Part shown: positions 48,304-56,949 of the stretch, in pieces
Position numbering within the stretch: position 1 is the stretch's first letter
Layout of the letters: the number at the start of each line of letters is the position of its first letter
Source: Actinomycetota bacterium
GTDB taxonomy: Bacteria > Actinomycetota > UBA4738 > HRBIN12
Direction of reading: 5' to 3'
DNA length: 64,000 nt
NCBI GenBank assembly: GCA_005885035.1
Contig: VAXZ01000117.1
Coordinates: 30,992-94,991 of the forward strand
Program-made: the position numbers and the translations under genes
The notes under the pieces: model-generated
Database searches by the model: none
The model's input: only the letters and a program-made list of their open reading frames with translations
What the model was told of the DNA's origin: nothing

Positions 48304-49003
48304 TTAGGGGCTCGCGCGCCGTCGAAGCTCGTCGACCAGCACCGATGGCGTTGTCTCGGACCCCAGGCGGAAGTCGTATCGCGCGCCATGGCAGTCCGAC
48401 GCGCCCGTCGCGACCAGACCCAGGCGCTCGGCCAGGACCCGGTACCTCGCGCGCTGGTCCTCGTCCTGATCGGGATAGAGCGTTCACGGGCGCGAGAGCA
48501 TGCTTCGGTACGTAGGCGGGGCCGTCGTCGGAGATGTAGGAGTCGAAGGCGTCCCGCTCCGTGGCCACGATCCCGGTCTCGACCATGGCTTGGGCGATGT
48601 GCGGGCGCGCGATCAGATCGTCGCCGGCGATCCGCCGGACCCGTTCGAAGGAGATGTCGTGGCCGAGGGCGTGGAGCTTCTCGACGATCATCTCGCCGCG
48701 GCGGAAGCGAGTGTCGTGCAGGCGGCGGAGCTCCGACCGCAGCCCCTCGTGCGCGGGGTCCACCCAGTAGCCAAGGACGTGGAGCGAAGCTCCGTCGTGT
48801 TCGGCGGAGAGCTCGACACCGGGGACGATCCGAAGATCCGAGTCCGACGCCGCGGCGAGCGCCTCCCCCCAGCCGTCCATCGTGTCATGGTCGGTGACCG
48901 CGATCCCCTCCAACCCGCGCTCGCGCGCGAGCGCGACGTTCTCCGCAGGTGTCGCGGTCCCGTCCGAGAAAGTCGAATGCGTGTGGAGGTCGTAACCTGG
49001 CAC
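48304..49003 (-). pseudogene. PHP-domain phosphoesterase (TrpH/YciV-like), internal deletion plus frameshift
   Basis: The N-terminal part is intact (YDLHTHSTFSDGT, IAVTDHD, GVELS, ARPHIAQAMV, AYVPKHALAPVNA). At about 48475..48482 the reading frame changes. The C-terminal motif block (YPDQDEDQRARYRVLAERLGLVATGASDCHG, stop at 48304..48306) is in another frame. About 40 aa, including the ...VLAHP... metal-ligand region, are missing. Confidence 0.75.
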
Positions 49004-49037
49004 GGCCGACAAGGGTGGCAGATGAGGGAGCCGACCG

Positions 49038-50069
49038 TCATCCGTCAGGCGCCGGGGCCACGTGCTCGCGGGTGATGTCCCCCACCGTGGCGCATCCACA
49101 GAGGGTCATCGCGTTCTCGAGCTCCTCGCGGAGGATCTGCAGGACGTCGACCACCCCATCCTCGCCGCCCGCGGCCAGCCCCCAGGCCGCCGGTCGTCCG
49201 ATCATGACCGAGGACGCGCCGAGCGCGAGCGCCTTCACGATGTCGGTCCCGCGCCGAACCCCGCCGTCGACGAGGACGGGGATCCGCCCGCCGACCATCT
49301 CGAGCACCTCCGGGAGCACGTCGAGCGACGCGGGGCTGCCGTCCAGCTGTCTGCCGCCGTGGTTCGACACCACGATCCCGTCGGCACCGGCCGCCACCGC
49401 CAGCTCGGCATCGTCCGCCGTCAAGATCCCTTTGAGCAGCAGCGGCAGCCCGGGCGCCTGTTCGCGGATCCAGCCGAGGTCATCCCAGTCGATCGACGGG
49501 TCATAGGCGAGGTCCTGGGTCGTGAGCGAGATCGGCGGCTCGTACCCGACGCGGGTCTCGCGGTGCCGGAGGCCGTACGCGTTCAGATCGATCGTCCACA
49601 CGAGGGCCGCGTAACCGGCCGAGGACACCCGCCGGAGCATCTCGGCGGTGAACCCGCGGTCAGCGAACACGTAGAGCTGCCACCACTTCGGCGATCCCGA
49701 TGCCGCCGCGATGTCCTCGAGGAGGTCCAGGGCGGTCGTCGACACGCACATGATCGTCCCCGCCCGGGCGGCGGCTCTGGCCGTCGCGCGTTCGCCCTCG
49801 GGGTGCGCCGTGCGCTGGTACGCCCACGGCGCGATCAGCACGGGGAGCGCAAGCGGAGAGCCGAAGAGCTCCGTCGACGGATCGGCTGCGGCCACTCCGC
49901 GCAGGAACCTCGGGCGGAGCACCCACCGGTCGAACGCCCGCCGGTTCGAAGCGAGCGTGCGCTCATCGCCCGCCCCGCCCGCCAAGAACTCGGTCACCGC
50001 CGGCGTCAGCACCTCTCGCGCGAGCGCCTCGTAGTCGTCGACCGTGACGAAGCGCGGTGGGTCCGGCAT
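49038..50069 (-). CDS. FMN-dependent alpha-hydroxy acid dehydrogenase/oxidase (L-lactate/glycolate oxidase family)
   Basis: ATG at 50069 gives a 343-aa product with the motifs WWQLY, LLLKGI, VSNHGGRQLD and VDGGVRRGTD. Confidence 0.88.
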   Translation of the reverse strand: MPDPPRFVTVDDYEALAREVLTPAVTEFLAGGAGDERTLASNRRAFDRWVLRPRFLRGVAAADPSTELFGSPLALPVLIAPWAYQRTAHPEGERATARAAARAGTIMCVSTTALDLLEDIAAASGSPKWWQLYVFADRGFTAEMLRRVSSAGYAALVWTIDLNAYGLRHRETRVGYEPPISLTTQDLAYDPSIDWDDLGWIREQAPGLPLLLKGILTADDAELAVAAGADGIVVSNHGGRQLDGSPASLDVLPEVLEMVGGRIPVLVDGGVRRGTDIVKALALGASSVMIGRPAAWGLAAGGEDGVVDVLQILREELENAMTLCGCATVGDITREHVAPAPDG

Positions 50070-50080
50070 GGTTGCCGACG

Positions 50081-50965
50081 CTACTCGACCGCCACGACGT
50101 CGGCCGCCCGGGTCTCGGCAGCGATCGCGAGATAGACCCCGGCGAGGACGATCGCCCCACCCACCACGGTCGCGGGCCCGGGGGCCTCGCCGAGGATCGC
50201 CCACGCGAGGATCGTCGCCCCGACCGGCTCCGCGAGCAGCGCGACGGCGACGACCGAGGCCCGCACGTGCCCGAGCAGGTAGTTGAACGTCGTATGCCCG
50301 AGGAACTGCGGGCCTGCCGTGATGAGCGCGAACACCAGCCACGTCTTCGCGGGATACCCCACGAACGCCGTGCCGCTCGCGACCATGACGGCGGCGAGCG
50401 CGACCGCCGAGGTCGCGTAGACGATGCTCGAATACGTGACCAACGAGAGCTGTTGCCGGAGACTCCGACCCAGCAAGACGTAGATCGCGGCGAACACGGC
50501 GCCCGCGAGCGCCAGGAGGTCGCCGAGCAGCGCGCGGGATCCTCCGTCGAACCCCCCGCCCGCGATCACCAGCGTGCCGGCGAGCGCGATCGCCATGCCG
50601 AGGAGGGCGCGACGCGCCGGTCGTTCGCCGATGAACCGGCCGAACGCCGCCACCCAGAGGGGCAACGTCTGGACGAGCACGGCGCTCGCCGCGACGGTCG
50701 TGAACGACAGCGAAGAGATCCATGTCGCGAAGTGCGCCGACAGCACGACGCCCGAGGCGAGCGCGAGCTGCCATTGCCGTTTCGACAGCCGAACGTACTC
50801 CTCGCGATGCCGGGCGAGCCCGAGCGGGACGAGCACGACCGAGGCCATCGCGCATCGATAGAACGCGATCGTCAGCGACGGGGCGTCGGCCTCCCGTACC
50901 AACACGGCCGAGAACGACACCGCGGTGACGCCGACGATCAGCAGGACGACCGAACGCCGCTCCAC
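50081..50965 (-). CDS. EamA/DMT superfamily transporter
   Basis: 294 aa with about 10 TM helices in two EamA-type halves. Confidence 0.85.
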   Translation of the reverse strand: MERRSVVLLIVGVTAVSFSAVLVREADAPSLTIAFYRCAMASVVLVPLGLARHREEYVRLSKRQWQLALASGVVLSAHFATWISSLSFTTVAASAVLVQTLPLWVAAFGRFIGERPARRALLGMAIALAGTLVIAGGGFDGGSRALLGDLLALAGAVFAAIYVLLGRSLRQQLSLVTYSSIVYATSAVALAAVMVASGTAFVGYPAKTWLVFALITAGPQFLGHTTFNYLLGHVRASVVAVALLAEPVGATILAWAILGEAPGPATVVGGAIVLAGVYLAIAAETRAADVVAVE

Positions 50966-50969
50966 GGAA

Positions 50970-51791
50970 CTACCCGCCCACGCCCGCCCGAGGACCGGGG
51001 TGGAGGACGGTCCCGGGGCGTCCTCGTCGCGCCCCCATCTCCCAGGAGAGCCGCTTGGCGGTGTCGGTCAGGGCGACGACGAGCTCGGCCGACGGGCCGG
51101 CGGGGAGGACCCGTTCGACGGGGCCCACGACGCCGATCGCTCCGACGGGGTGCCCCCGGTGATCGAAGACGGCCGCGGCAACCTCGCCCTCGCCGATCAC
51201 GGCCTCGTGGGCTTCGGTGGCGAAGCCGGCCGCCGCAACCTCTTCGAGGGCGAGCGCCAGCGCATGCGGCTCGACGATCGTCCTTCCGGTGAGCCGTTGG
51301 AGCGGCCCCGACACCAGCGTCCGTCTCCGGTCGGCGGGCAGGTAGGCGGCGTGGACCTTCCCGAGCGCGGACGCGTGCCAGGGAACGGACGCGCCGACCT
51401 CGAGGATCTGGACCGAATCGTCCGGGCGGAAGACATGGTGGACCACCAGCACCCTCCGTCCGTAGAGCACCCCGACCCGGACCGCTTCTCCGACCCGCTC
51501 CGCCAGCGTGTCCGCCCAGACGAGGGAGCGCCCCCGCAGCTCATGATGGTCCAGGAACGCGTTGCCGAGCTGGAGCAGCTCGGGGCCGAGCCGGTACTTC
51601 CCCGTCTCCGGATCCTGTTCCACCAGATCTTGCCGCTCGAGGGTCCGCAGCAATCCGTGGACGGTCGTCTTGGCGAGGCCGAGGCGCTCGCCGAGCTCGC
51701 TGACCCCGAGGCGGGGCGAGCCCGCGGCGAGCGCCTTCAGGATCCGTGCGGCTCGGTCGACCGACTGGATCGTGTCCCGGCGGTCGCCCAT
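50970..51791 (-). CDS. IclR family transcriptional regulator (GylR-like position next to glycerol genes)
   Basis: 273 aa with an N-terminal HTH (SVDRAARILKALAAGSPRLGVSELGERLGLAKTTVHGLLRTL) and a C-terminal IclR effector domain. Its ATG overlaps the stop of the upstream dhaL paralogue. Confidence 0.88.
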   Translation of the reverse strand: MGDRRDTIQSVDRAARILKALAAGSPRLGVSELGERLGLAKTTVHGLLRTLERQDLVEQDPETGKYRLGPELLQLGNAFLDHHELRGRSLVWADTLAERVGEAVRVGVLYGRRVLVVHHVFRPDDSVQILEVGASVPWHASALGKVHAAYLPADRRRTLVSGPLQRLTGRTIVEPHALALALEEVAAAGFATEAHEAVIGEGEVAAAVFDHRGHPVGAIGVVGPVERVLPAGPSAELVVALTDTAKRLSWEMGARRGRPGTVLHPGPRAGVGG

Positions 51792-52468
51792 CAGCGATCC
51801 GGCGGGACCTCCGCCGCTGCGCGCTCCAGCGCACCGAACAGCAGCGAGGTCGACGTCGCTCCGGGATCCTGGTGGCCCACGCTCCGTGCCCCGAGGTACG
51901 ACGCCCGTCCCTTCCGGGCCTCCATCGGGGTCGTGAGAGCCGCGCCTTCATCCGCGGCGACCCGCGCAGCGTGGAGCGCCGCGACCGCACCGGCCGAGCG
52001 GGCATCGCGAAGCGCCCGGAGCGCGGGCGTCCAGGCATCGACGATGGTCTTGTCACCTTCCTCCGCGGCGCCGAGCTTGACGATGCCCGCCAACGCGTCT
52101 TCAAGGGCGCTCGTGAGCTCGGGAAGCCCGAAGGCCGATGCCTCGCCGAGAGAGCGACCCGCCTCCCGCAGGGCGGAGCCGTACAGGGGTCCCGCCGCCC
52201 CGCCCACCCGAAGCACCAGCGTCGCACCGGCTTGCGTGAGGAGCTCGCCGGGAGACAGACCGTCTGCTGCGGCGACGACGGAGACGACCGCCGCGAATCC
52301 TCGATCCATGTTGACGCCGTGATCGGCATCGCCGATCGCGGCGTCGAGCTGGGTGAGGAAATCGCGGTGTGCCGCGATCTCGGCGGCGGAGCCCCGGAGC
52401 CACCGCGCGACGAATGCCGCGTCGAACGGAGGCGGAGCTCCGCGGCGCCCGCGTCGACCGGCACTCAC
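51791..52468 (-). CDS. DhaL-domain protein (second, stand-alone dihydroxyacetone kinase L-subunit paralogue)
   Basis: The C-terminal part of ORF 51791..53548 reads LTQLDAAIGDADHGVNMDRG, VGGAAGPLYG, GDKTIVDAW and ARKGRASYLG...GHQDPGA. These are the DhaL/Dak2 signatures. The start is set at GTG 52468. The remainder of the 585-aa ORF is antisense to glpF. Confidence 0.8.
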   Translation of the reverse strand: MSAGRRGRRGAPPPFDAAFVARWLRGSAAEIAAHRDFLTQLDAAIGDADHGVNMDRGFAAVVSVVAAADGLSPGELLTQAGATLVLRVGGAAGPLYGSALREAGRSLGEASAFGLPELTSALEDALAGIVKLGAAEEGDKTIVDAWTPALRALRDARSAGAVAALHAARVAADEGAALTTPMEARKGRASYLGARSVGHQDPGATSTSLLFGALERAAAEVPPDR

Positions 52469-52557
52469 CCCGGTGGTCACCGCGGTCACCTTCGCGAGCC
52501 GCACGGCTCGTGTCAAACCTGCACACAGACGTGCCACTCGACGTGCGATGTCCGGCG

Positions 52558-52621
52558 ATGCCGAACATCTTTCGGGTTCCTCAGGTCGTGGGTGCCGATC
52601 CCGCCGGTTGCTGTTCGGCAT
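52558..52621. promoter_or_regulatory. 10-bp inverted repeat pair in the dhaL2/glpF divergent region
   Basis: atgccgaaca (52558..52567) and tgttcggcat (52612..52621) are exact reverse complements 44 bp apart. They lie in the 231-bp intergenic region upstream of glpF. The function is unknown. Confidence 0.3.
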
Positions 52622-52699
52622 GGCGAGCGGTCCCATTGCGCGACCGGGATCGGCTCCGTCGGGGCCACCGCGCGGAATCAGAGGGGGGTGGTCGGCAAC

Positions 52700-53494
52700 A
52701 TGACGATTCCGAATCCGTACCTCGGAGAGGTCGTCGGCACAGCGACGCTGATCCTGTTGGGCGACGGCGTCGTTGCGGGCGTCTTGCTGAACAAGTCCAA
52801 GGCCCAGAACTCGGGGTGGATCGTGATCACCTGGGCGTGGGGGTTGGCGGTCTTCATGGGCGTCATCACGAGTCTCGCCGTCACCGGTGGCCAGGCGCAC
52901 CTCAACCCTGCGGTCACCATCGGCCTCTGGGCCGCGGGCTTCTTGAAGGACTGGACCACGACGCAGATCCTGCTCACGATCTTCTTCGAGTTCGTCGGGG
53001 CGATGCTCGGGGCGCTCCTGGTGTGGCTGTCGTACCTGCCGCACTGGCCCGAGACGGAGGACCCGGGCCTGAAGCTCGCGGTCTTCTGCACGGGACCGGC
53101 GATCCGTAACACCGGTGCCAACCTCATCACCGAGATCGTCGGCACCTTCATGCTGGTCTTCGGCGTCGTCGCCATCGCGATCAAGTTCTCGGGCGGCTTG
53201 CTGATCAATGTCCAGGGCATGACCGGCTCTATGACGATCGGTGGCGTCCTCTCGACGGGAGCGTTCCCGGTGGCGCTCCTCGTCCTCGTGATCGGGTTGG
53301 CCCTGGGTGGCCCGACCGGGTACGCGATCAACCCGGCTCGCGACCTCGGTCCGCGGATCATGCACTTCGTGCTTCCGATCGCGGGCAAGGGCGGCTCGGA
53401 CTGGGCCTACGCGTGGATCCCCGTGGTCGGACCGGTCCTGGGGGGCATCGTGGGCGCGGTCGCGGCTAAGGCGCTCTTCGATCTTCATCCGTAG
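52700..53494 (+). CDS. glpF: glycerol uptake facilitator / aquaglyceroporin (MIP family)
   Basis: 264 aa with two NPA boxes (HLNPAVT; AINPARD) and six TM helices. Confidence 0.9.
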   Translation: MTIPNPYLGEVVGTATLILLGDGVVAGVLLNKSKAQNSGWIVITWAWGLAVFMGVITSLAVTGGQAHLNPAVTIGLWAAGFLKDWTTTQILLTIFFEFVGAMLGALLVWLSYLPHWPETEDPGLKLAVFCTGPAIRNTGANLITEIVGTFMLVFGVVAIAIKFSGGLLINVQGMTGSMTIGGVLSTGAFPVALLVLVIGLALGGPTGYAINPARDLGPRIMHFVLPIAGKGGSDWAYAWIPVVGPVLGGIVGAVAAKALFDLHP

Positions 53495-53550
53495 CTCTGG
53501 CACGCGGCAGAGCAGAAGGAGTTGCCGAGACGAAAGGGTGAGACCCACCG

Positions 53551-54552
53551 ATGAAGAAGCTGATCAACGATCCGGAGAACGTGGTCCGCGAGGAACTGAG
53601 CGGGATCACGCGGGCGCACGGCGATCTCGTCGAGGTCCACATCGATCCGCACTACATCGTTCGGAAGGACGCACCCGTCCAGGGCAAGGTCGCCCTGGTA
53701 TCGGGCGGCGGGTCGGGACACGAGCCGATGCATGGGGGATTCGTCGGCATGGGCATGCTCGACGCGGCATGTCCCGGCGAAGTGTTCACCTCGCCAACGC
53801 CCGATCAGATGGAAGCCGCGACGAAGGCGGTCGATGGCGGTGCCGGCGTCGTGCACATCGTCAAGAACTACACGGGCGACGTCATGAACTTCGAGATGGC
53901 GGCCGAGCTCGTCCGATCCGAGGGATCCGAGGTGGAGTCCGTGCTCGTCGACGATGACGTGGCCGTGCAGGACTCGCTCTACACCGCGGGTCGCCGGGGC
54001 GTCGGCGCGACGGTGCTGATGGAGAAGATCGCGGGCGCCGCGGCCGAGCAACGGCGGCCGTTGAAGGAGGTCGCCGACCTCTGCCGGAAGGTGAACGACA
54101 ACGCACGTTCGATGGGGATGGCCCTGACGTCGTGCACGGTCCCGGCGGCTGGGAAACCGACGTTCGAGCTGGGCGACGACGAGATGGAGATCGGGATCGG
54201 CATCCACGGTGAACCGGGTCGCCAGCGCATGAAGGCGGCGCCGGCCCACGACATCGTCGAGATGATGGCGACGCCCATCGTCGACGACCTTCCCTTCAAG
54301 AGCGGCGACCAGGTCCTCGCGTTCGTGAACGGGATGGGCGGCACCCCGCTGATCGAGCTCTACATCGTCTTCAACGAGCTGGCGTCGTTCCTCGACGGGC
54401 GGGGCATCGGCATCGGTCGCAACCTGATCGGCCCCTACATCACCTCGCTCGAGATGCAGGGCTGCTCGATCACGCTCCTGAAGCTCGATGACGAGCTGAC
54501 GGAGCTGTGGGATGCACCGGTCAAGACGCCGGGGCTACGCTGGGGGGTCTGA
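53551..54552 (+). CDS. dhaK: dihydroxyacetone kinase subunit DhaK
   Basis: 333 aa. The motifs [13 protein letters not shown] and GIGIHGEPG form the Dak1 domain. Confidence 0.92.
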   Translation: MKKLINDPENVVREELSGITRAHGDLVEVHIDPHYIVRKDAPVQGKVALVSGGGSGHEPMHGGFVGMGMLDAACPGEVFTSPTPDQMEAATKAVDGGAGVVHIVKNYTGDVMNFEMAAELVRSEGSEVESVLVDDDVAVQDSLYTAGRRGVGATVLMEKIAGAAAEQRRPLKEVADLCRKVNDNARSMGMALTSCTVPAAGKPTFELGDDEMEIGIGIHGEPGRQRMKAAPAHDIVEMMATPIVDDLPFKSGDQVLAFVNGMGGTPLIELYIVFNELASFLDGRGIGIGRNLIGPYITSLEMQGCSITLLKLDDELTELWDAPVKTPGLRWGV

Positions 54553-54613
54553 AGAGGGAGCAGGAGGGAGGCGGCGACCTCGGGCACTGCCTCCTTCCCG
54601 TCTGGAGGTGGTC

Positions 54614-55255
54614 GTGACCGTCACGCACGACGACGTGGTGCGATGGATCCGGGCGTTCGCGGATGCGATCGCAGAGAACAAGGACTCCTTGACGGATCTC
54701 GACTCCGCGATCGGAGACGCCGACCACGGCATCAACATGCACCGCGGGATGACCGCGGTCCTGGGGAAGCTGGACGGTGACGGATCCGCCGACATCGGCA
54801 CGCTCCTGAAGACGGTCGGCATGACCCTCGTCTCGAGCGTCGGTGGCGCCGGCGGTCCGTTGTACGGGACGCTCTTCCTCCGCCTGGGGGCCGCGGCCGC
54901 CGGGAAGGAGGAGCTCACCGACGAGGACTGGGTGGCGATGGTGACGGCGGGAGTCGAAGGGGTGCAGTCGCGAGGGAAGGCGGAGCCCGAGGACAAGACC
55001 ATGGTGGATGCCCTCATCCCCGCGCGGGACGCGCTCGCGACCGCCGTGGCCGCGGGAGAGCCCTTCGCGGGCGCGCTGCGCTCAGCGGCCGCCGCCGCGG
55101 AGGAAGGGATGAAAGCGACGATCCCGCTCGTTGCGCGCAAGGGCCGCGCGAGCTATCTCGGCGAAAGGAGCGCCGGCCATCAGGACCCTGGGGCCACCTC
55201 GTCGTGGCTCCTGATGAGAACCGCAGCGGAGACCTTCGGCGATCACACGGAGTGA
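54614..55255 (+). CDS. dhaL: dihydroxyacetone kinase subunit DhaL
   Basis: GTG at 54614 lies 5 nt after GGAGG. The Dak2 domain motifs are LTDLDSAIGDADHGINMHRG, VGGAGGPLYG, EDKTMVDAL and ARKGRASYLG. Confidence 0.88.
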   Translation: MTVTHDDVVRWIRAFADAIAENKDSLTDLDSAIGDADHGINMHRGMTAVLGKLDGDGSADIGTLLKTVGMTLVSSVGGAGGPLYGTLFLRLGAAAAGKEELTDEDWVAMVTAGVEGVQSRGKAEPEDKTMVDALIPARDALATAVAAGEPFAGALRSAAAAAEEGMKATIPLVARKGRASYLGERSAGHQDPGATSSWLLMRTAAETFGDHTE

Positions 55256-55267
55256 AGGGAGGACACG

Positions 55268-56645
55268 ATGGCGGACTACGCAGCAGCCATCGACCAGGGA
55301 ACGACCAGCACGCGCTTCATGATCTTCGACCACGCCGGGCAGGTCGTGGCCGTGGATCAGAGGGAGCACGAGCAGATCTTCCCGAAGCCGGGCTGGGTCG
55401 AACACGACCCGATGGAGATCATCGAGCGCACCCATGAGGTCGTCACGGGGGCGCTGAAGAAGGCCGGGATCTCGGCGAGCGACCTCGCGGCCGTCGGGGT
55501 GACGAACCAGCGCGAGACCACCGTCGTCTGGGAGCGATCGAGCGACGTACTTCTCCGGGCCGAAGATCCGGTGGATCCTCGACAACGTCGAGGGTGCCCG
55601 GGCGCGTGCCGAGGCCGGGGAGCTGCTCTTCGGCAACATCGACACCTGGGTGATCTGGAACATCACCGGCGGTCCTGATGGCGGAGCGCACGTCACGGAC
55701 GTCACGAACGCCAGCCGCACGATGCTGATGGACCTGAAGACCCTCGACTGGGACGACGCGATCCTGGATGCGATCGGGGTCCCGCGCGCCGTCCTGCCCG
55801 AGATCCGGTCGTCCAGCCAGACGTACGGGGAAGCGACGGGCGATCTGGCCGGCATCCCGGTGGCCGGTGACCTGGGCGACCAGCAGGCCGCCCTCTTCGG
55901 CCAGACCTGCTTCGCGGTCGGCGAGGCGAAGAACACCTACGGAACCGGCAACTTCCTGTTGCTCAACACGGGTACCAAGGCCGTGCCCTCGAAGAGCGGG
56001 CTGATCACGGGACTCGGCTACAAGATCGGGGATCAGCCCGCGGTGTACATGCTCGAGGGTTCGATCGCCATCACCGGGGCGCTGGTGCAGTGGCTCCGAG
56101 ACAACATCGGGCTGATCTCCTCCTCGGGCGAAGTCGAAGATCTGGCCAAGACGGTCGAGGACAACGGCGGCGTGTACTTCGTGCCCGCGTTCTCGGGTCT
56201 CTTCGCGCCGTACTGGCGGGGCGAAGCGCGCGGCGTGATCGCAGGACTCACCCGGTACGTGAACAAGGGTCACATCGCACGCGCGGTCCTCGAGGCGACC
56301 GCATGGCAGACGAAAGAGGTCGTCGAGGCCATGAACGCCGACTCCGGGGTCGCGCTCACGTCGCTCAAGGTCGACGGCGGCATGGTCTACAACGAAACCC
56401 TGATGCAGTTCCAGGCCGACGTGCTGGACGTCCCGGTGATCCGTCCGACCGTTGCGGAGACCACCTCGCTCGGTGCGGCGTACGCCGCGGGGCTGGCGGT
56501 CGGGTTCTGGAAGGAGGTCGAAGACCTCCGCGCCAACTGGGGCAAGGACAAGGAGTGGCAGCCCCGGATGGACGCGGCCGAGCGCGACAAGGAGTACGCG
56601 CTCTGGAAGAAGGCCGTGACGCGGACGTTCGACTGGGTGGAGTGA
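55268..56645 (+). pseudogene. glpK: glycerol kinase GlpK, internal deletion plus frameshift
   Basis: The N-terminal part reads [15 protein letters not shown]...PGWVEHDP...[14 protein letters not shown]. At 55538..55541 (tcga) the frame shifts. The rest ([16 protein letters not shown]...[13 protein letters not shown]...[10 protein letters not shown]...NTYGTGNF...VDGG...) continues in another frame to 56645. About 40 aa between the VVWE and YFSG blocks are missing, judged against E. coli GlpK as I recall it. Confidence 0.85.
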
Positions 56646-56699
56646 CCGGCGCACCCGGGTGCCCACCTTCCTGCGTGAGCCCCGATGGAGGAGGACACC

Positions 56700-56912
56700 A
56701 TGGAAGACAGGGAGCACGGCGACTTCGCCGAGGGACAGGAGGCGAACAAGGAGCACGAGAAGGAGGAAGGCTCGTTCGCGGAGGGGCAGGAAGAGGAGGA
56801 GCACCCCAGCGGCGGGGAGCACGGCGACTTCGCCGAGAGACAGGAGACCGAGGAGGACGAGCGCGACGAAGGCTCGTTCGCGGAGGGTCAGGAAGAGGAG
56901 CACGAGCCTTAG
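56700..56912 (+). CDS. small, highly acidic tandem-repeat protein (4x [E/D]xG[D/S]FAE[G/R]QE)
   Basis: ORF 56685..56912. The second ATG, at 56700, lies 5 nt after GGAGGAGG. The peptide is MEDREHGDFAEGQEANKEHEKEEGSFAEGQEEEEHPSGGEHGDFAERQETEEDERDEGSFAEGQEEEHEP. The DNA shows a roughly 105-nt two-fold duplication. No family recognised. Confidence 0.55.
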   Translation: MEDREHGDFAEGQEANKEHEKEEGSFAEGQEEEEHPSGGEHGDFAERQETEEDERDEGSFAEGQEEEHEP

Positions 56913-56949
56913 GGCGTCGCGGGATCCACGCGGTGCGATACTCGCGTCG

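Noticed and set aside
51791-53548. 585-aa version of the DhaL2 ORF
   Set aside because: Only the last roughly 225 codons are DhaL-like. The upstream part is antisense to glpF, which has two NPA boxes.
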